64,000 nt of DNA from Roseicyclus sp. Its GTDB lineage: Bacteria > Pseudomonadota > Alphaproteobacteria > Rhodobacterales > Rhodobacteraceae. Position numbers and translations under genes: made by a program. The first letter of the stretch is position 1. Each line of letters begins with the position of its first letter. Below the pieces are notes generated by a model. That model did no database searches. It worked only from the letters and a program-made list of their open reading frames with translations, and was not told where the DNA came from. The stretch covers positions 748-64,747 of the forward strand of contig JAGYKZ010000004.1 in assembly GCA_018401385.1 (NCBI GenBank). Direction: 5' to 3'. Positions 41,351-51,956 of the stretch are shown here, in pieces.

Positions 41351-42951
41351 ATGCTTGATTATGCAAAGCTATTGATCCTTGGATTGGTCGCGGTTTTGGC
41401 CGCGATTGCAGCGCAATATGCCCGTGATGTGCCTTATATGGTGCACGCCGTTCTGATTATGTTGGTCGCAGCGGGTGTTTTTCTTTGGCAATTGCGCCGC
41501 ATGGGGGAGCCTGCGCTCCCCGCACCCATGGACGAATATAATGACGGGCCGGTGCGCGCCGCCACAATCGCCACAGTGTTCTGGGGCGTTGTGGGGTTTC
41601 TCGCTGGCACATTCATCGCCTTCAGTTGGCTTTTCCGCAGCTGAATTTTGACCGGGCGCAGCCATATGCGAATTTTGGCCGTTTGCGCCCGCTTCATACA
41701 TCGGCGGTGATTTTTGCCTTTGGTGGTAACGCCCTTCTGGCAGCCTCGTTTTATATTGTGCAACGCACCACGGCCGCACGGCTTTGGGGCGGTGGTTTGT
41801 CTTGGTTTGTGTTCTGGGGCTATCAGCTTTTCATCGTTTTGGCTGCAACGGGTTACCTTCTTGGTGTCACGCAGAGCCAAGAATATGCCGAGCCTGAGTG
41901 GTATGTTGACCTTTGGTTGACGGTCGTTTGGGTGGCGTTCTTGGCCGTTTTCGTGGGCACACTGATCCGCCGCCGCGAGCCGCATATCTATGTGGCCAAT
42001 TGGTTCTTGCTTAGTTTCATCGTCACTGTGGCGATGCTGCACGTGGTCAATAACCTTGCCATCCCCGTATCGGTCTTCGGTTCGCGTTCTGTGCAGGTCT
42101 TCTCGGGCGTGCAAAACGCGATGACGCAGTGGTGGTATGGCCATAACGCTGTGGGCTTCTTCCTCACGGCGGGTTTCTTGGGCATGATGTATTATTTCAT
42201 CCCGAAACAGGCAGAACGCCCCGTCTACAGCTACAAGTTGTCGATCATCCATTTCTGGGCGCTGATCTTCTTGTATATCTGGGCGGGTCCACACCATTTG
42301 CATTATACAGCGCTTCCTGACTGGGCTTCGACCCTTGGCATGGTGTTCTCGATCATCCTGTGGATGCCCTCCTGGGGCGGTATGATCAACGGCCTGATGA
42401 CGCTATCGGGCGCATGGGACAAGCTGCGCACCGACCCTGTGTTGCGGATGATGGTCACATCGGTTGCCTTCTACGGGATGTCCACATTTGAAGGTCCGAT
42501 GATGTCGATCCGCGCGGTGAACTCACTGTCGCATTACACCGACTGGACGATTGGCCATGTGCATTCTGGTGCCTTGGGCTGGAACGGGATGATCACCTTC
42601 GGGATGCTCTATTATCTCGTGCCAAAACTGTGGAACCGCCAGGCGCTTTACTCCTTGCGGGCCGTCTCTTGGCATTACTGGTTGGCGACCATCGGGATCG
42701 TGCTTTACGCGTCCTCGATGTGGGTCACAGGGATTATGGAAGGCCTGATGTGGCGTGAAGTTGATGCGCAAGGCTTCCTTGTGAACTCTTTCGCGGACAC
42801 GGTTTCGGCCAAGTTCCCAATGTATGTTGTGCGTGGTCTGGGTGGGGTCTTGTATCTCGCTGGTGCGATCATCATGGCCTACAACCTTTGGATGACTGTG
42901 CGCAAAGGCGCTGCCACACGGCAGGCCCCCGCCATGGCACCCGCAGAATAA
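41351..42951 (+). CDS. ccoN: cbb3-type cytochrome c oxidase subunit I (frameshift at ~41625)
   Basis: [39 protein letters not shown] and [13 protein letters not shown] motifs. Confidence 0.96.
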
Positions 42952-42965
42952 GGAGGGCGTGAGAA

Positions 42966-43685
42966 ATGGCTCTTGAAGGTCACAAGAAAATTGAAACCAA
43001 CGCCACGCTTTTGCTGACGCTCAGTTTTTTGGTCGTCACCATCGGCGGGATCGTGGAAATCGCCCCCTTGTTCTATCTAGAGAACACAATCGAGGAGGTG
43101 GATGGGATGCGTCCTTATTCACCGCTCGAATTGACGGGTCGGGAAATCTATGTGCGCGAAGGCTGCTATGTCTGCCACAGCCAGATGATCCGCCCGATGC
43201 GCGATGAGGTGGAACGCTATGGTCACTACAGCCTCGCGGCTGAGTCCATGTATGACCACCCATTTCAATGGGGGTCCAAACGCACTGGGCCAGATCTGGC
43301 CCGGGTGGGCGGGCGTTATTCCGATGCATGGCACGTGGATCACCTGATTGATCCGCAGTCAGTGGTGCCTGAATCGGTGATGCCGCCCTATGGCTTCCTT
43401 GCAGATCGCGTTATCTCGCCAGAATATGTGGTGGACCTGATGAAAACCCATCGTCTGGTTGGTGTGCCTTACACGGATGAGCAAATCGAAATGGCGCAGT
43501 TTGACTTTGTCGAACAAGCCACGACCTTTGGTGATGCCGGTGTTGTGGAGCGTTACCCTGGGGCGCAGCAACGCGATTTTGATGGCAATCCCGCCGTGAC
43601 TGAAATGGATGCTTTGGTCGCTTATCTTCAAATGTTGGGCACTCTGGTCGATTTCTCGACCTTTACGCCTGATGCAAGCCGCTGA
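42966..43685 (+). CDS. ccoO: cbb3 oxidase subunit II
   Basis: [12 protein letters not shown] and [14 protein letters not shown]. Confidence 0.97.
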   Translation: MALEGHKKIETNATLLLTLSFLVVTIGGIVEIAPLFYLENTIEEVDGMRPYSPLELTGREIYVREGCYVCHSQMIRPMRDEVERYGHYSLAAESMYDHPFQWGSKRTGPDLARVGGRYSDAWHVDHLIDPQSVVPESVMPPYGFLADRVISPEYVVDLMKTHRLVGVPYTDEQIEMAQFDFVEQATTFGDAGVVERYPGAQQRDFDGNPAVTEMDALVAYLQMLGTLVDFSTFTPDASR

Positions 43686-43700
43686 GGGAGGGCTGATCTG

Positions 43701-43904
43701 ATGATTGAAGACAGCTACACTATTATGCGGATCTTTGCTGGCTCATGGGGTGCCGTGTTCTTGTTCGTGTCTTTTGTTGCGGTGGTGATCTTCACGTTCC
43801 GCCCCGGAAGCCGCCGCGTGCATGAAGATACGGCCAACATCCCGTTTCGCCATGATGATAAGCCCGCAGCCCCCCGTGCTGCGACAAAGGAGGGACGGAA
43901 ATGA
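43701..43904 (+). CDS. ccoQ: cbb3 oxidase subunit 4
   Basis: YTIMRIFAGSWG, one TM helix, FRPGSR and ANIPFRHDD; position between ccoO and ccoP. Confidence 0.9.
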   Translation: MIEDSYTIMRIFAGSWGAVFLFVSFVAVVIFTFRPGSRRVHEDTANIPFRHDDKPAAPRAATKEGRK

Positions 43905-44797
43905 CCAACCACAAGACCGATCACCATAATGATCCGACCTTGCAAGCGGGCGACCCAGAAACCACGGGCCACTCCTGGGACGGGATCAAGGAGTTCAACA
44001 ATCCTCTGCCGCGTTGGTGGCTTTGGACGTTCTATGCCTGTATTGTTTGGGGTGTGGGCTACACAATCGCTTATCCTGCTTGGCCGCTTTTGAAAGAGGC
44101 AACGCCTGGCTTGTTGGGATATTCGACCCGCGCCAATGTGGTCGCGGATATTGCCGAGTTTGACGCGATGAATGTGGGCCTGCGCGAGGCGTTGGAGCGC
44201 GTTGAGTTGACCTCCGTGACGCCTCAAGACACGCCAGATCTTTACAATTACGCCATTCAAGGTGGCGCTGCGACCTTCCGCACATGGTGCGCGCAATGTC
44301 ACGGCTCTGGCGCGGCGGGTGTTCAGGCGGCAGGGTATCCAAACCTGCTGGATGACGACTGGCTCTGGGGTGGGTCGATTGACGATATCCATTACACCGT
44401 GGCGCATGGCATTCGAAACGAGAATGATCCCGATGCTCGTTATTCGCAGATGACCGCATTCGAGGGTATGATCCCAGACGAGGAAATCACTGCGGTGGTG
44501 CATCATGTTCTGGCCATCTCTGGTCAGGAGCATGACGCAGGTCTCGCTTTGGCGGGGGCGGAGGTTTATTCCTACAACTGCGCGTCCTGTCACGGGGAAG
44601 AAGGTTTGGGTGATCGCTTCCTTGGTGCGCCGAACCTAACGGATGCCATTTGGCTTTATGGTGGGTCACCCGAGAAGATCGAAGAAACTGTGCGGTATTC
44701 CCGTTTTGGTGTGATGCCAAACTGGACGGATCGCCTGTCGGAGGCTGAAATTCGCTCGGTTTCTCTCTATGTCCATTCGCTTGGGGGCGGTGAATAA
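43901..44797 (+). CDS. ccoP: cbb3 oxidase subunit III (diheme)
   Basis: TTGHSWDGIKEFNNPLPRWW, CAQCH, CASCH and HSLGGGE. Confidence 0.97.
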   Translation: MTNHKTDHHNDPTLQAGDPETTGHSWDGIKEFNNPLPRWWLWTFYACIVWGVGYTIAYPAWPLLKEATPGLLGYSTRANVVADIAEFDAMNVGLREALERVELTSVTPQDTPDLYNYAIQGGAATFRTWCAQCHGSGAAGVQAAGYPNLLDDDWLWGGSIDDIHYTVAHGIRNENDPDARYSQMTAFEGMIPDEEITAVVHHVLAISGQEHDAGLALAGAEVYSYNCASCHGEEGLGDRFLGAPNLTDAIWLYGGSPEKIEETVRYSRFGVMPNWTDRLSEAEIRSVSLYVHSLGGGE

Positions 44798-44903
44798 CCA
44801 CCGCCCTTGGGCAAGAAAATCCACGCTTTCTAAGCAAAGTGTGGTGCGGCGTCGGCCTCGGTCCTGTTCGCGCGTTTCCTACGAGGCCGACGTCTTCCTT
44901 CCC

Positions 44904-44939
44904 AGCCTCTCTCCTGTTCGCTCAGGGGAGAGGTTTTTT
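44904..44939 (+). terminator. Intrinsic terminator after ccoNOQP
   Basis: AGCCTCTCTCCTG...CAGGGGAGAGGTT stem followed by a T tract. Confidence 0.75.
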
Positions 44940-44962
44940 CATGTGTAAAAGAAAGTCTGAAA

Positions 44963-44976
44963 TTGATGCAAGTCAA
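44963..44976. promoter_or_regulatory. FNR box upstream of ccoG
   Basis: TTGAT-GCAA-GTCAA; TAGGAA at 44999-45004 sits at class II -10 spacing. Confidence 0.85.
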
Positions 44977-45046
44977 GGTGCGATGCGCCCCGCAGTCCTA
45001 GGAATATCATGCGAAATAGGACTAAATCCTCACATGGATTCGAATT

Positions 45047-46477
45047 ATGACCACAAGCAATGAACCGCCGAAGCTTTATGCCGCGCGTGAACCCGTCTTT
45101 CCGCGCCGTGTTTCAGGTAATTTCCGCAATTTGAAATGGGTGATCATGGCGATCACCTTAGCGATCTACTACGTCACGCCTTGGATCCGGTTTGATCGTG
45201 GTCCGTCTTTGCCAGATCAAGCCGTTTTGATCGACTTGGCCAATCGGCGTTTCTTTTTCTTTTGGATCGAGATTTGGCCGCATGAATTTTATTTTGTGGC
45301 GGGCCTTTTGATTATGGCGGGCTTGGGCTTGTTTCTCTTTACCTCAGCCCTTGGTCGGGTCTGGTGTGGCTATTCCTGCCCGCAAACTGTCTGGACAGAT
45401 TTGTTCTTTACGGTCGAGCGCTGGATTGAGGGGGATCGCAACGCCCGCGTTCGGCTGTGGAATGCGAAATGGGATGCGCGCAAAATCCGTCTGCGTCTGT
45501 TCAAATGGGCGGTTTGGTTGGCGATTGCGGTTGCTACGGGCGGGGCTTGGGTGTTTTATTTTACCGATGCGCCGACCTTGTTGGGGAATTTGTTTACGGG
45601 GCAGGCGCATAGCGCAGCCTATACCACCATCGCTATTTTGACTGCGACCACCTTTGTTTTTGGCGGCTTCATGCGCGAGCAGGTGTGCATTTATATGTGC
45701 CCTTGGCCACGCATCCAGGCCGCGATGATGGATGAGCACACAATCACCGTTGCCTATCGTGACTGGCGCGGTGAGCCGCGCGGCAAACACCGCAAGGCCG
45801 AAGGCGCAGATCAGCTAGGCGATTGCATCGATTGCAACGCTTGCGTGAATGTATGTCCCGTGGGGATTGATATTCGCGATGGCCAACAATTGGAGTGCAT
45901 CACTTGCGCTCTGTGCATTGATGCCTGCGATGACATGATGGCCAAGGTGGGCAAAGAGCGCGGTTTGATCGACTATATGGCGCTGACCGATGAAGAGAGT
46001 GAGCGGGCGGGCAATAAGAAGGTTTCGGTTTGGAAACATATCTTCCGACTCCGCACGATCATTTACACCATCCTGTGGTCGGGCATTGGTATCGGCCTGA
46101 CGGTTGCGCTGTTCATGCGTGGCAATATTGATATGACGGTCGCGCCCGTGCGCAATCCGCTTTACGTCACGCTGTCGGACGGCACGATCCGCAACACTTA
46201 TGACATTCGCCTGCGCAACATGACCCATGATGATGCGCAATTTGCGCTGAGTGTGGTATCTGACGCTGCGCTGGAGATCAGCTTGGAAGGCGAGGAAGGG
46301 ATATTTGTCACGGTGCCTGCCGATGAGACCCATTTGCAGCGCGTCTATGTGCTGGCAGCGCCCGGAAGCGATGCGGCGACATCCGAACGGACGGATATCC
46401 GGTTTTGGATTGAGAATATGGCAACCACGGAGCGGGCTTCGCAAGACAGCAGCTTTGTAGGAAAGGATATGCAATGA
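45047..46477 (+). CDS. ccoG: Cytochrome c oxidase accessory protein CcoG (FixG/RdxB)
   Basis: GRVWCGYSCPQTVW, CIYMCPWPRIQ, CIDCNACVNVCP and CITCALCIDAC. Confidence 0.96.
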   Translation: MTTSNEPPKLYAAREPVFPRRVSGNFRNLKWVIMAITLAIYYVTPWIRFDRGPSLPDQAVLIDLANRRFFFFWIEIWPHEFYFVAGLLIMAGLGLFLFTSALGRVWCGYSCPQTVWTDLFFTVERWIEGDRNARVRLWNAKWDARKIRLRLFKWAVWLAIAVATGGAWVFYFTDAPTLLGNLFTGQAHSAAYTTIAILTATTFVFGGFMREQVCIYMCPWPRIQAAMMDEHTITVAYRDWRGEPRGKHRKAEGADQLGDCIDCNACVNVCPVGIDIRDGQQLECITCALCIDACDDMMAKVGKERGLIDYMALTDEESERAGNKKVSVWKHIFRLRTIIYTILWSGIGIGLTVALFMRGNIDMTVAPVRNPLYVTLSDGTIRNTYDIRLRNMTHDDAQFALSVVSDAALEISLEGEEGIFVTVPADETHLQRVYVLAAPGSDAATSERTDIRFWIENMATTERASQDSSFVGKDMQ

Positions 46478-46962
46478 ACGTGCAGGCAGAAAACTCTGGT
46501 AAGGGACGCCTCACAGGCACAAAGTTCTGGATGCTTTTTGTGGGTTTTTTTGGGCTGATAATCGTGGTGAATCTGTTCATGGCTTATAAAGCCCTCTCAA
46601 CATTTCCCGGGCTTGAGGTCAGTTCGTCCTACGCGGACAGTCAGGATTTTGATGTCAGACGTGATGCGCAATTGGCGTTGGGCTGGCAGGCCTCTGTCGA
46701 AACGCGTGCGGATGCCACGGGGAAAACGCTGATCTTACATCTCCATGATGAGACAGGCGCACCCGTTATTCCCGCGCATATGGATGCGCTTCTGACACGG
46801 CCAACCAATCAAACCCAAGACCAACAGCTTGCCTTGCAATTCATCAATGGCGCTTGGCAAGCACCTGCTTTGTTGGATCGCGGCTGGTGGCGTTTGCGCC
46901 TCACGGGTCTGGCGGAGGATGGCACGGAATATCGCCATAATATCACCTTCTGGATGGATTGA
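46474..46962 (+). CDS. ccoH: FixH/CcoH
   Basis: FFGLIIVVN..MAYKALSTFPGLEV..SY..SQ.F...Q.ALGW. Confidence 0.9.
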   Translation: MNVQAENSGKGRLTGTKFWMLFVGFFGLIIVVNLFMAYKALSTFPGLEVSSSYADSQDFDVRRDAQLALGWQASVETRADATGKTLILHLHDETGAPVIPAHMDALLTRPTNQTQDQQLALQFINGAWQAPALLDRGWWRLRLTGLAEDGTEYRHNITFWMD

Positions 46963-46971
46963 GCATTTCGC

Positions 46972-49172
46972 GTGGCCAGCACCGATTTTCATATTGAGGA
47001 ACGACCAAGACCCGCGGCCTGCCCCGCTTGCGTTGTGGCCCCTTTGGCGGAACATCTTGCTGATCTGCCAACCGATGCGGAAATCATGCTGTCTTTGCCA
47101 ACGATCCATTGCGCGGTCTGCATTTCGGCGGTGGAGGGCGCATTGACCAAAACCCAAGGCGTGGTCGATGCACGGGTCAACCTGACGTTGCGGCGCGCTG
47201 CGGTCAAGACGGATGGATCGGTGGGCGTTGATGATTTGATCGCGCGTCTGGCTGCGATCGGGTATGAGGCCCATGAGTTGGATGCAGGCCTTTCCGAGCA
47301 CAAACTGCCGCGCAACGGCAGGGCAGTGATCTGCTCTCATGCGGTTGGGCGTGGCCTTTTCGCCATGATGAATGTCATGTTATTGTTTGGTTGCGGTTTG
47401 GTCGGGTGCTGAAGACGTGACCCGTGACATGATGCATTGATATCGGCCGCGATCGCCATTCCTGCGTGATCTTCCTCGTATGCCCATTTTATGTTTCGGC
47501 ATGGTCCGTTTGCGGGTGCGGCGGCTGAACATGGATGTGCCGATCACACTGGCTATTCTCTTGGCTGTGATCACTTCGCTTCTTTATGAGACCGCGTATC
47601 AGGGGTGAGCACGCTCTATTTCGATGCGGCGATTGCACTGCGCTTTTTCTGCTGGGCGGGCGATATCTGACTTCAAGACCCGTGCCTCGGCACGCCCGGC
47701 TGCGCAAGCATTATCGGCTTTGAGGTCCCGCGCGCGCTGCGTCTTGGCGCTTCGGGTGTGGAAGAGGCGGTGGCCGCCGCAGATTTGCGTGTGGATGATG
47801 TGATCCGTGTGCGGCCAGGTGGTCGTATTCCCGCGGATGGCGGGTGACCATGGCGCATCCGAATTGATCGTTCCCCATGACAGGAGAAAGCCTGCCCGCC
47901 GCCATTGGCATCGGGGGTTTGGTCAGCGCAGGCGAAATCAACCTGACAGGTCCGTTGGAGTTGCGTGTGACCGCATCAGGACGGGATAGCGCGCTTGCGC
48001 GGATTGCAGATTTGGTCGCGATGGCCGAAGTGGGGCGCAGCAATTACACGTCACTTGCCGATCATGCGGCCAAGCTTTATGCGCCATTCGTCCATATTCT
48101 ATCTGTTTTGGCGGCGATTGGCTGGTGGATTTACACGCAAGATATCCGTGTCTCCCTCAATATTGCAGCAGCGGTGCTGATTATCACTTGCCCTTGCGCG
48201 CTTGGCTTAGCTGTGCCTGCGGTGACCACGGCGGCGTCGGGGCGGTTGTTCCGCAAGGGTTTGCTCATCAAGCACGCGACAGCGCTGGAGCGTCTGGCCG
48301 GGGTGGATTGCGTGGTATTCGACAAAACGGGCACGTTGACCATGGGCGCGCCTGAGGTGACATCTCTAGATCATCTCAGCCAGAGACAACAGGAGATCAC
48401 CGCCGCACTTGTGGCTGGGTCCGATCATCCGTTGTCACGGGCTTTGGCGTCTGCTTTGGCACAGAGTGGCGTTCGCCCCTTTTCGCTTGAAGCGGTACAG
48501 GAGGTGCCAGGCGCAGGGGTCGAGGCCCGCCTTGAGGGCCAAACCATCCGTTTGGGGCGGGCAGAATGGATCGGCGCGGTGGCCTTGGATGAAACCGCCA
48601 CCTATCTCGCGATTGGTACAGAACCTGCCATCGCCATCACCTTCCGCGATCAAATTCGGGACGGGGCGGCGGCCACTATTGCGGCCCTTCGGGCGAAATC
48701 GATGCGGATTGTGATGTTGTCGGGCGACCAAAAAGGGGCTGTATCCCGTTTTGCAGCGATGGTTGGGATTGACGAATATCAAGCAGGTGTATCGCCTCAG
48801 GACAAAGCGGCCTATCTTCAGACACTGGCCGCAGAGGGGCATACCGTTTTGATGGTGGGTGATGGGCTCAATGATACGGTTGCGTTGGCTTCTGCCCATG
48901 TGTCCATTTCGCCTGCTTCCGCCTTGGATGCGGCGCGCGCGGCCTCTGATATGGTGCTTTTGGGGCGGGATTTATCACCCTTGCCTGAGGCGATTGACGT
49001 GGCCAAATCCGCCCGTGCGCGGATCAAAGAGAATTTCACATTGGCCACGGCCTATAACGTGATCGCGGTTCCTCTTGCCGTGGCGGGCTTGGCCACACCA
49101 CTTATCGCGGCCTTGGCGATGTCCCTTTCCTCGATCACAGTGTCCTTGAACGCTTTGCGGTTGCGAGGTTAA
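46972..49172 (+). CDS. ccoI: Cu-type P1B ATPase CcoI/FixI (many indels at ~47300-47870)
   Basis: CPAC, IHCAVC, TGES, ITCPCALGLA, FDKTGTLT, HP, MVGDGLND and YN...MSLSS motifs. Confidence 0.9.
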
Positions 49173-49181
49173 ACTGCGCAT

Positions 49182-49340
49182 ATGGATATTCTTGCAATTC
49201 TCATCCCCGCTTCTTTGTTTCTGGGCTTCATTGGCTTGGCTGCGTTCTTTTGGTCGCTGAAACGCGGACAATATGAAGACCCTGACGGGGACGCGGCGCG
49301 CATTTTGCGCAGCGATTATGACGATAAGCCGAAAAGCTAG
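49182..49340 (+). CDS. ccoS: cbb3 oxidase maturation protein CcoS (52 aa; not in the ORF track)
   Basis: MDILAILIPASLFLGFIGLAAFFWSLKRGQYEDPDGDAARIL. Confidence 0.93.
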   Translation: MDILAILIPASLFLGFIGLAAFFWSLKRGQYEDPDGDAARILRSDYDDKPKS

Positions 49341-49343
49341 AGA

Positions 49344-50822
49344 TTAAGGCCCAACCACCATACAGGCCATGTCGCGCGCTATCAGTCTTGCACAGGCGCG
49401 GGTGGCTTCACCTTCTGTCATACCTGCAAACTGGGCTCAAATCCGCCCCTGCCGTTGCGTGACATGGCGCAAGGCCTGTTGCAGCAATGTCTCTGAGAGC
49501 GCGGTTTGCAGCAAAAGGCGCTCTGCGGTGTTTTGGGTCGGATATCGACCAAGCGAGATTGCAAATAGCCGCTCACCACTGGATGTGGCGCGGGTCACAA
49601 TTTCGGGTCTTTCGGGCAGTGCATTTTCCATAAGTGCGGCAGCCAGCTCTACAGGGCGCTGACTTGGCAGCAACGCTTCTTCGGGGGCAAGCTCGGTGGC
49701 AGGTGCGGTGGCCAGCTCTGGGCTTGGTGCAGCATCCACGCGCACGGCCTCTGCGGGACGTTCGGGGCTGGCGGCTGCGGCAGATGCCACTGGCGCGGCA
49801 AGTGCTTCTTGGACCGCATTGTCAATCGCCGCGAGCAGAGTGTCGGAACGGGGCGCTGTACGAGAGGGGCGCGGTTGTGGGATCAGGCTGCGCGTCACAA
49901 TGCCCGAGGGGCGGAGCGTGCGCGCTGCGGGGCCGCCCGCATAGTCACCCGATGGTCCTGAGGCGCTGCTCCCTGTGTAAACTGGAAAACCCGCCAATTG
50001 CAATTCGGCGCGAGCAGGCGCGCGGGCAAAGCCCATATCTAAGAGTTCCATCACCCGCTGATTGCGCCACGCAGTGGATTGTCCGCCAAACACCGTGGCG
50101 ATCACGCGGATATTGTTGCGCTCTGCGGAGGCCACAAGGTTAAACCCTGCCGCGCGGGTATACCCTGTTTTGATCCCGTCTGCGCCACGATAGGCGGCCA
50201 GAAAGGCGCGGTTTGTATTGCGCACCGTAGCCACGCCTGCATCGGTGGAGAGACGCGAGAACAAGTTATAATATTGTGGGTAATCATATACCATTCTGCG
50301 GCCCAAGATGGTCATATCGCGCGCGGTGGAGAGGTGACCTTCCTGGGTCAGGCCATGCGCATTGCGAAATGTTGTGCGTGTCATCCCAAGCGCTTCAGCG
50401 GTGCGGTTCATGCGCCGCGAAAATGCCGCCTCTGATCCTTCGATGGCTTCGCCAATTGCGGTGGCGGCATCATTTGCAGATCGCACAGCAGCCGCGCGCA
50501 CAAGATAGCGCAGGCGAATTTGCTGGCCCGCGCGCAATCCCAGTTTGGATGGTGGTTCAGCAGCGGCGTTTTGCGAGATGGTCACCATGCTGTCCATGGA
50601 AATCTCGCCTAAGCGAACCGCTTCGAAGGCGATGTAGAGCGTCATCATTTTTGTAAGCGAGGCGGGGTGAAGGCGGGTATCGGCATTGCGCGAATGCAAA
50701 ACATCACCAGTGCGCGCATCCATCACCATGGCAGCATAAGGGGCAGCCTGCGCGCCGCTCGCAGCAAATAACACACCAAAAACAAGCCCAAAAAGGGCGG
50801 AAAGATACCGACTATATGCCAC
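49344..50822 (-). CDS. D-alanyl-D-alanine carboxypeptidase (S11) with C-terminal SPOR-like domain (frameshift at ~49437)
   Basis: PASLTKMMT, SAND, HGL and GIKTGYT motifs. The shifted frame ends FAGMTEGEATRACARLIARDMACMVVGP*. Confidence 0.9.
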
Positions 50823-51074
50823 GAGACCTGCTCTCTTTGCCTCAATTCACCGTCTTGCGCGGTTGTTATTATTTAATATTAAGTCAGAACTATGCGAAAA
50901 TCCATGATAAAGGCTCCGTGGCTTTGAGATTTCTCAAAATCATCAATGCCAAGCGTTAAGCCGTTGCGATTGCAAGCAAGTTTTTCATATTTCGCACGCG
51001 TTTCTTGTTTCAGGGCGTGACCTTGCGGCAAAGGTGGTGTTAATTGCGGCAGATACAACTTTAGGACGATTTCA

Positions 51075-51956
51075 ATGCACGACCCATTTGACAGTCAAAA
51101 AGCCCGCGCCTCCGCATGGTTTCGCACCTTGCGTGACGATATTGTCGCCGCTTTCGAAGATTTGGAAGATCGCCAAGGCGGCGCGGCCCCTGCTGGGCGC
51201 TTTGAGGTCAGCGAGACCAAACGCCATTCGGATGATGGCAGCGATGCTGGCGGGGGCCTGATGAGCGTGCTGCGCGGGGGCAGGGCCTTTGAAAAGGTCG
51301 GTGTCAATGTCTCGACTGTGTATGGCACGCTTGGTGCGCGCGCTGTGACGGCCATGTCAGCGCGTAAAGATATGGAAGGCCTGCGCGATGATCCGCGCTT
51401 TTGGGCCTCGGGGATCAGCCTTGTTGCGCATATGAACAACCCGCATGTGCCTGCGGTTCACATGAATACACGGATGTTCTGGACCCCGCATGGGTGGTGG
51501 TTTGGGGGCGGCTCTGACCTCAATCCTTGTATCGAATATGCCGAAGACACCGCGCAGTTTCATGGGGTGCTGAAGGCGCATTGCGATCCCCATGGGGAAG
51601 ATATTTACCCGCGTTACAAAGCATGGGCGGATGAATATTTCTTTGTCCCGCATCGTGGTCGCGCCCGTGGGGTTGGAGGGATTTTCTACGATGATCTCAA
51701 CACAGGCGATTGGGAGGCGGATTTTGCCTTTACCCAAGATGTTGGTCGGGCCTTTTTGCCCGCTTTTCTGGGTGTTGTCGAAAAACGCCGCGAGATGGCC
51801 TTTACCGAAGCGGATCGCGAGGTTCAGCTGATCCACCGTGGCCTCTATGCCGAATACAACCTTGTTTATGATCGCGGCACGAAATTCGGCCTAGAGACGG
51901 GGCATGACGCGAATGCGGTGCTGATGAGCCTGCCGCCCTTGGCGAAGTGGGTTTAA
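51075..51956 (+). CDS. hemF: Oxygen-dependent coproporphyrinogen III oxidase
   Basis: FEKVGVNVS, PAVHMNTR, WFGGGSDL, RGVGGIFYD and NLVYDRGTKFGL motifs. Confidence 0.96.
   Translation: MHDPFDSQKARASAWFRTLRDDIVAAFEDLEDRQGGAAPAGRFEVSETKRHSDDGSDAGGGLMSVLRGGRAFEKVGVNVSTVYGTLGARAVTAMSARKDMEGLRDDPRFWASGISLVAHMNNPHVPAVHMNTRMFWTPHGWWFGGGSDLNPCIEYAEDTAQFHGVLKAHCDPHGEDIYPRYKAWADEYFFVPHRGRARGVGGIFYDDLNTGDWEADFAFTQDVGRAFLPAFLGVVEKRREMAFTEADREVQLIHRGLYAEYNLVYDRGTKFGLETGHDANAVLMSLPPLAKWV

Noticed and set aside
46972-47880. ccoI split into a separate metal-binding protein and an ATPase
   Set aside because: The intervening sequence still encodes recognisable CcoI segments (MNVMLL, LNMDVPI, YFDAA) in shifting frames.
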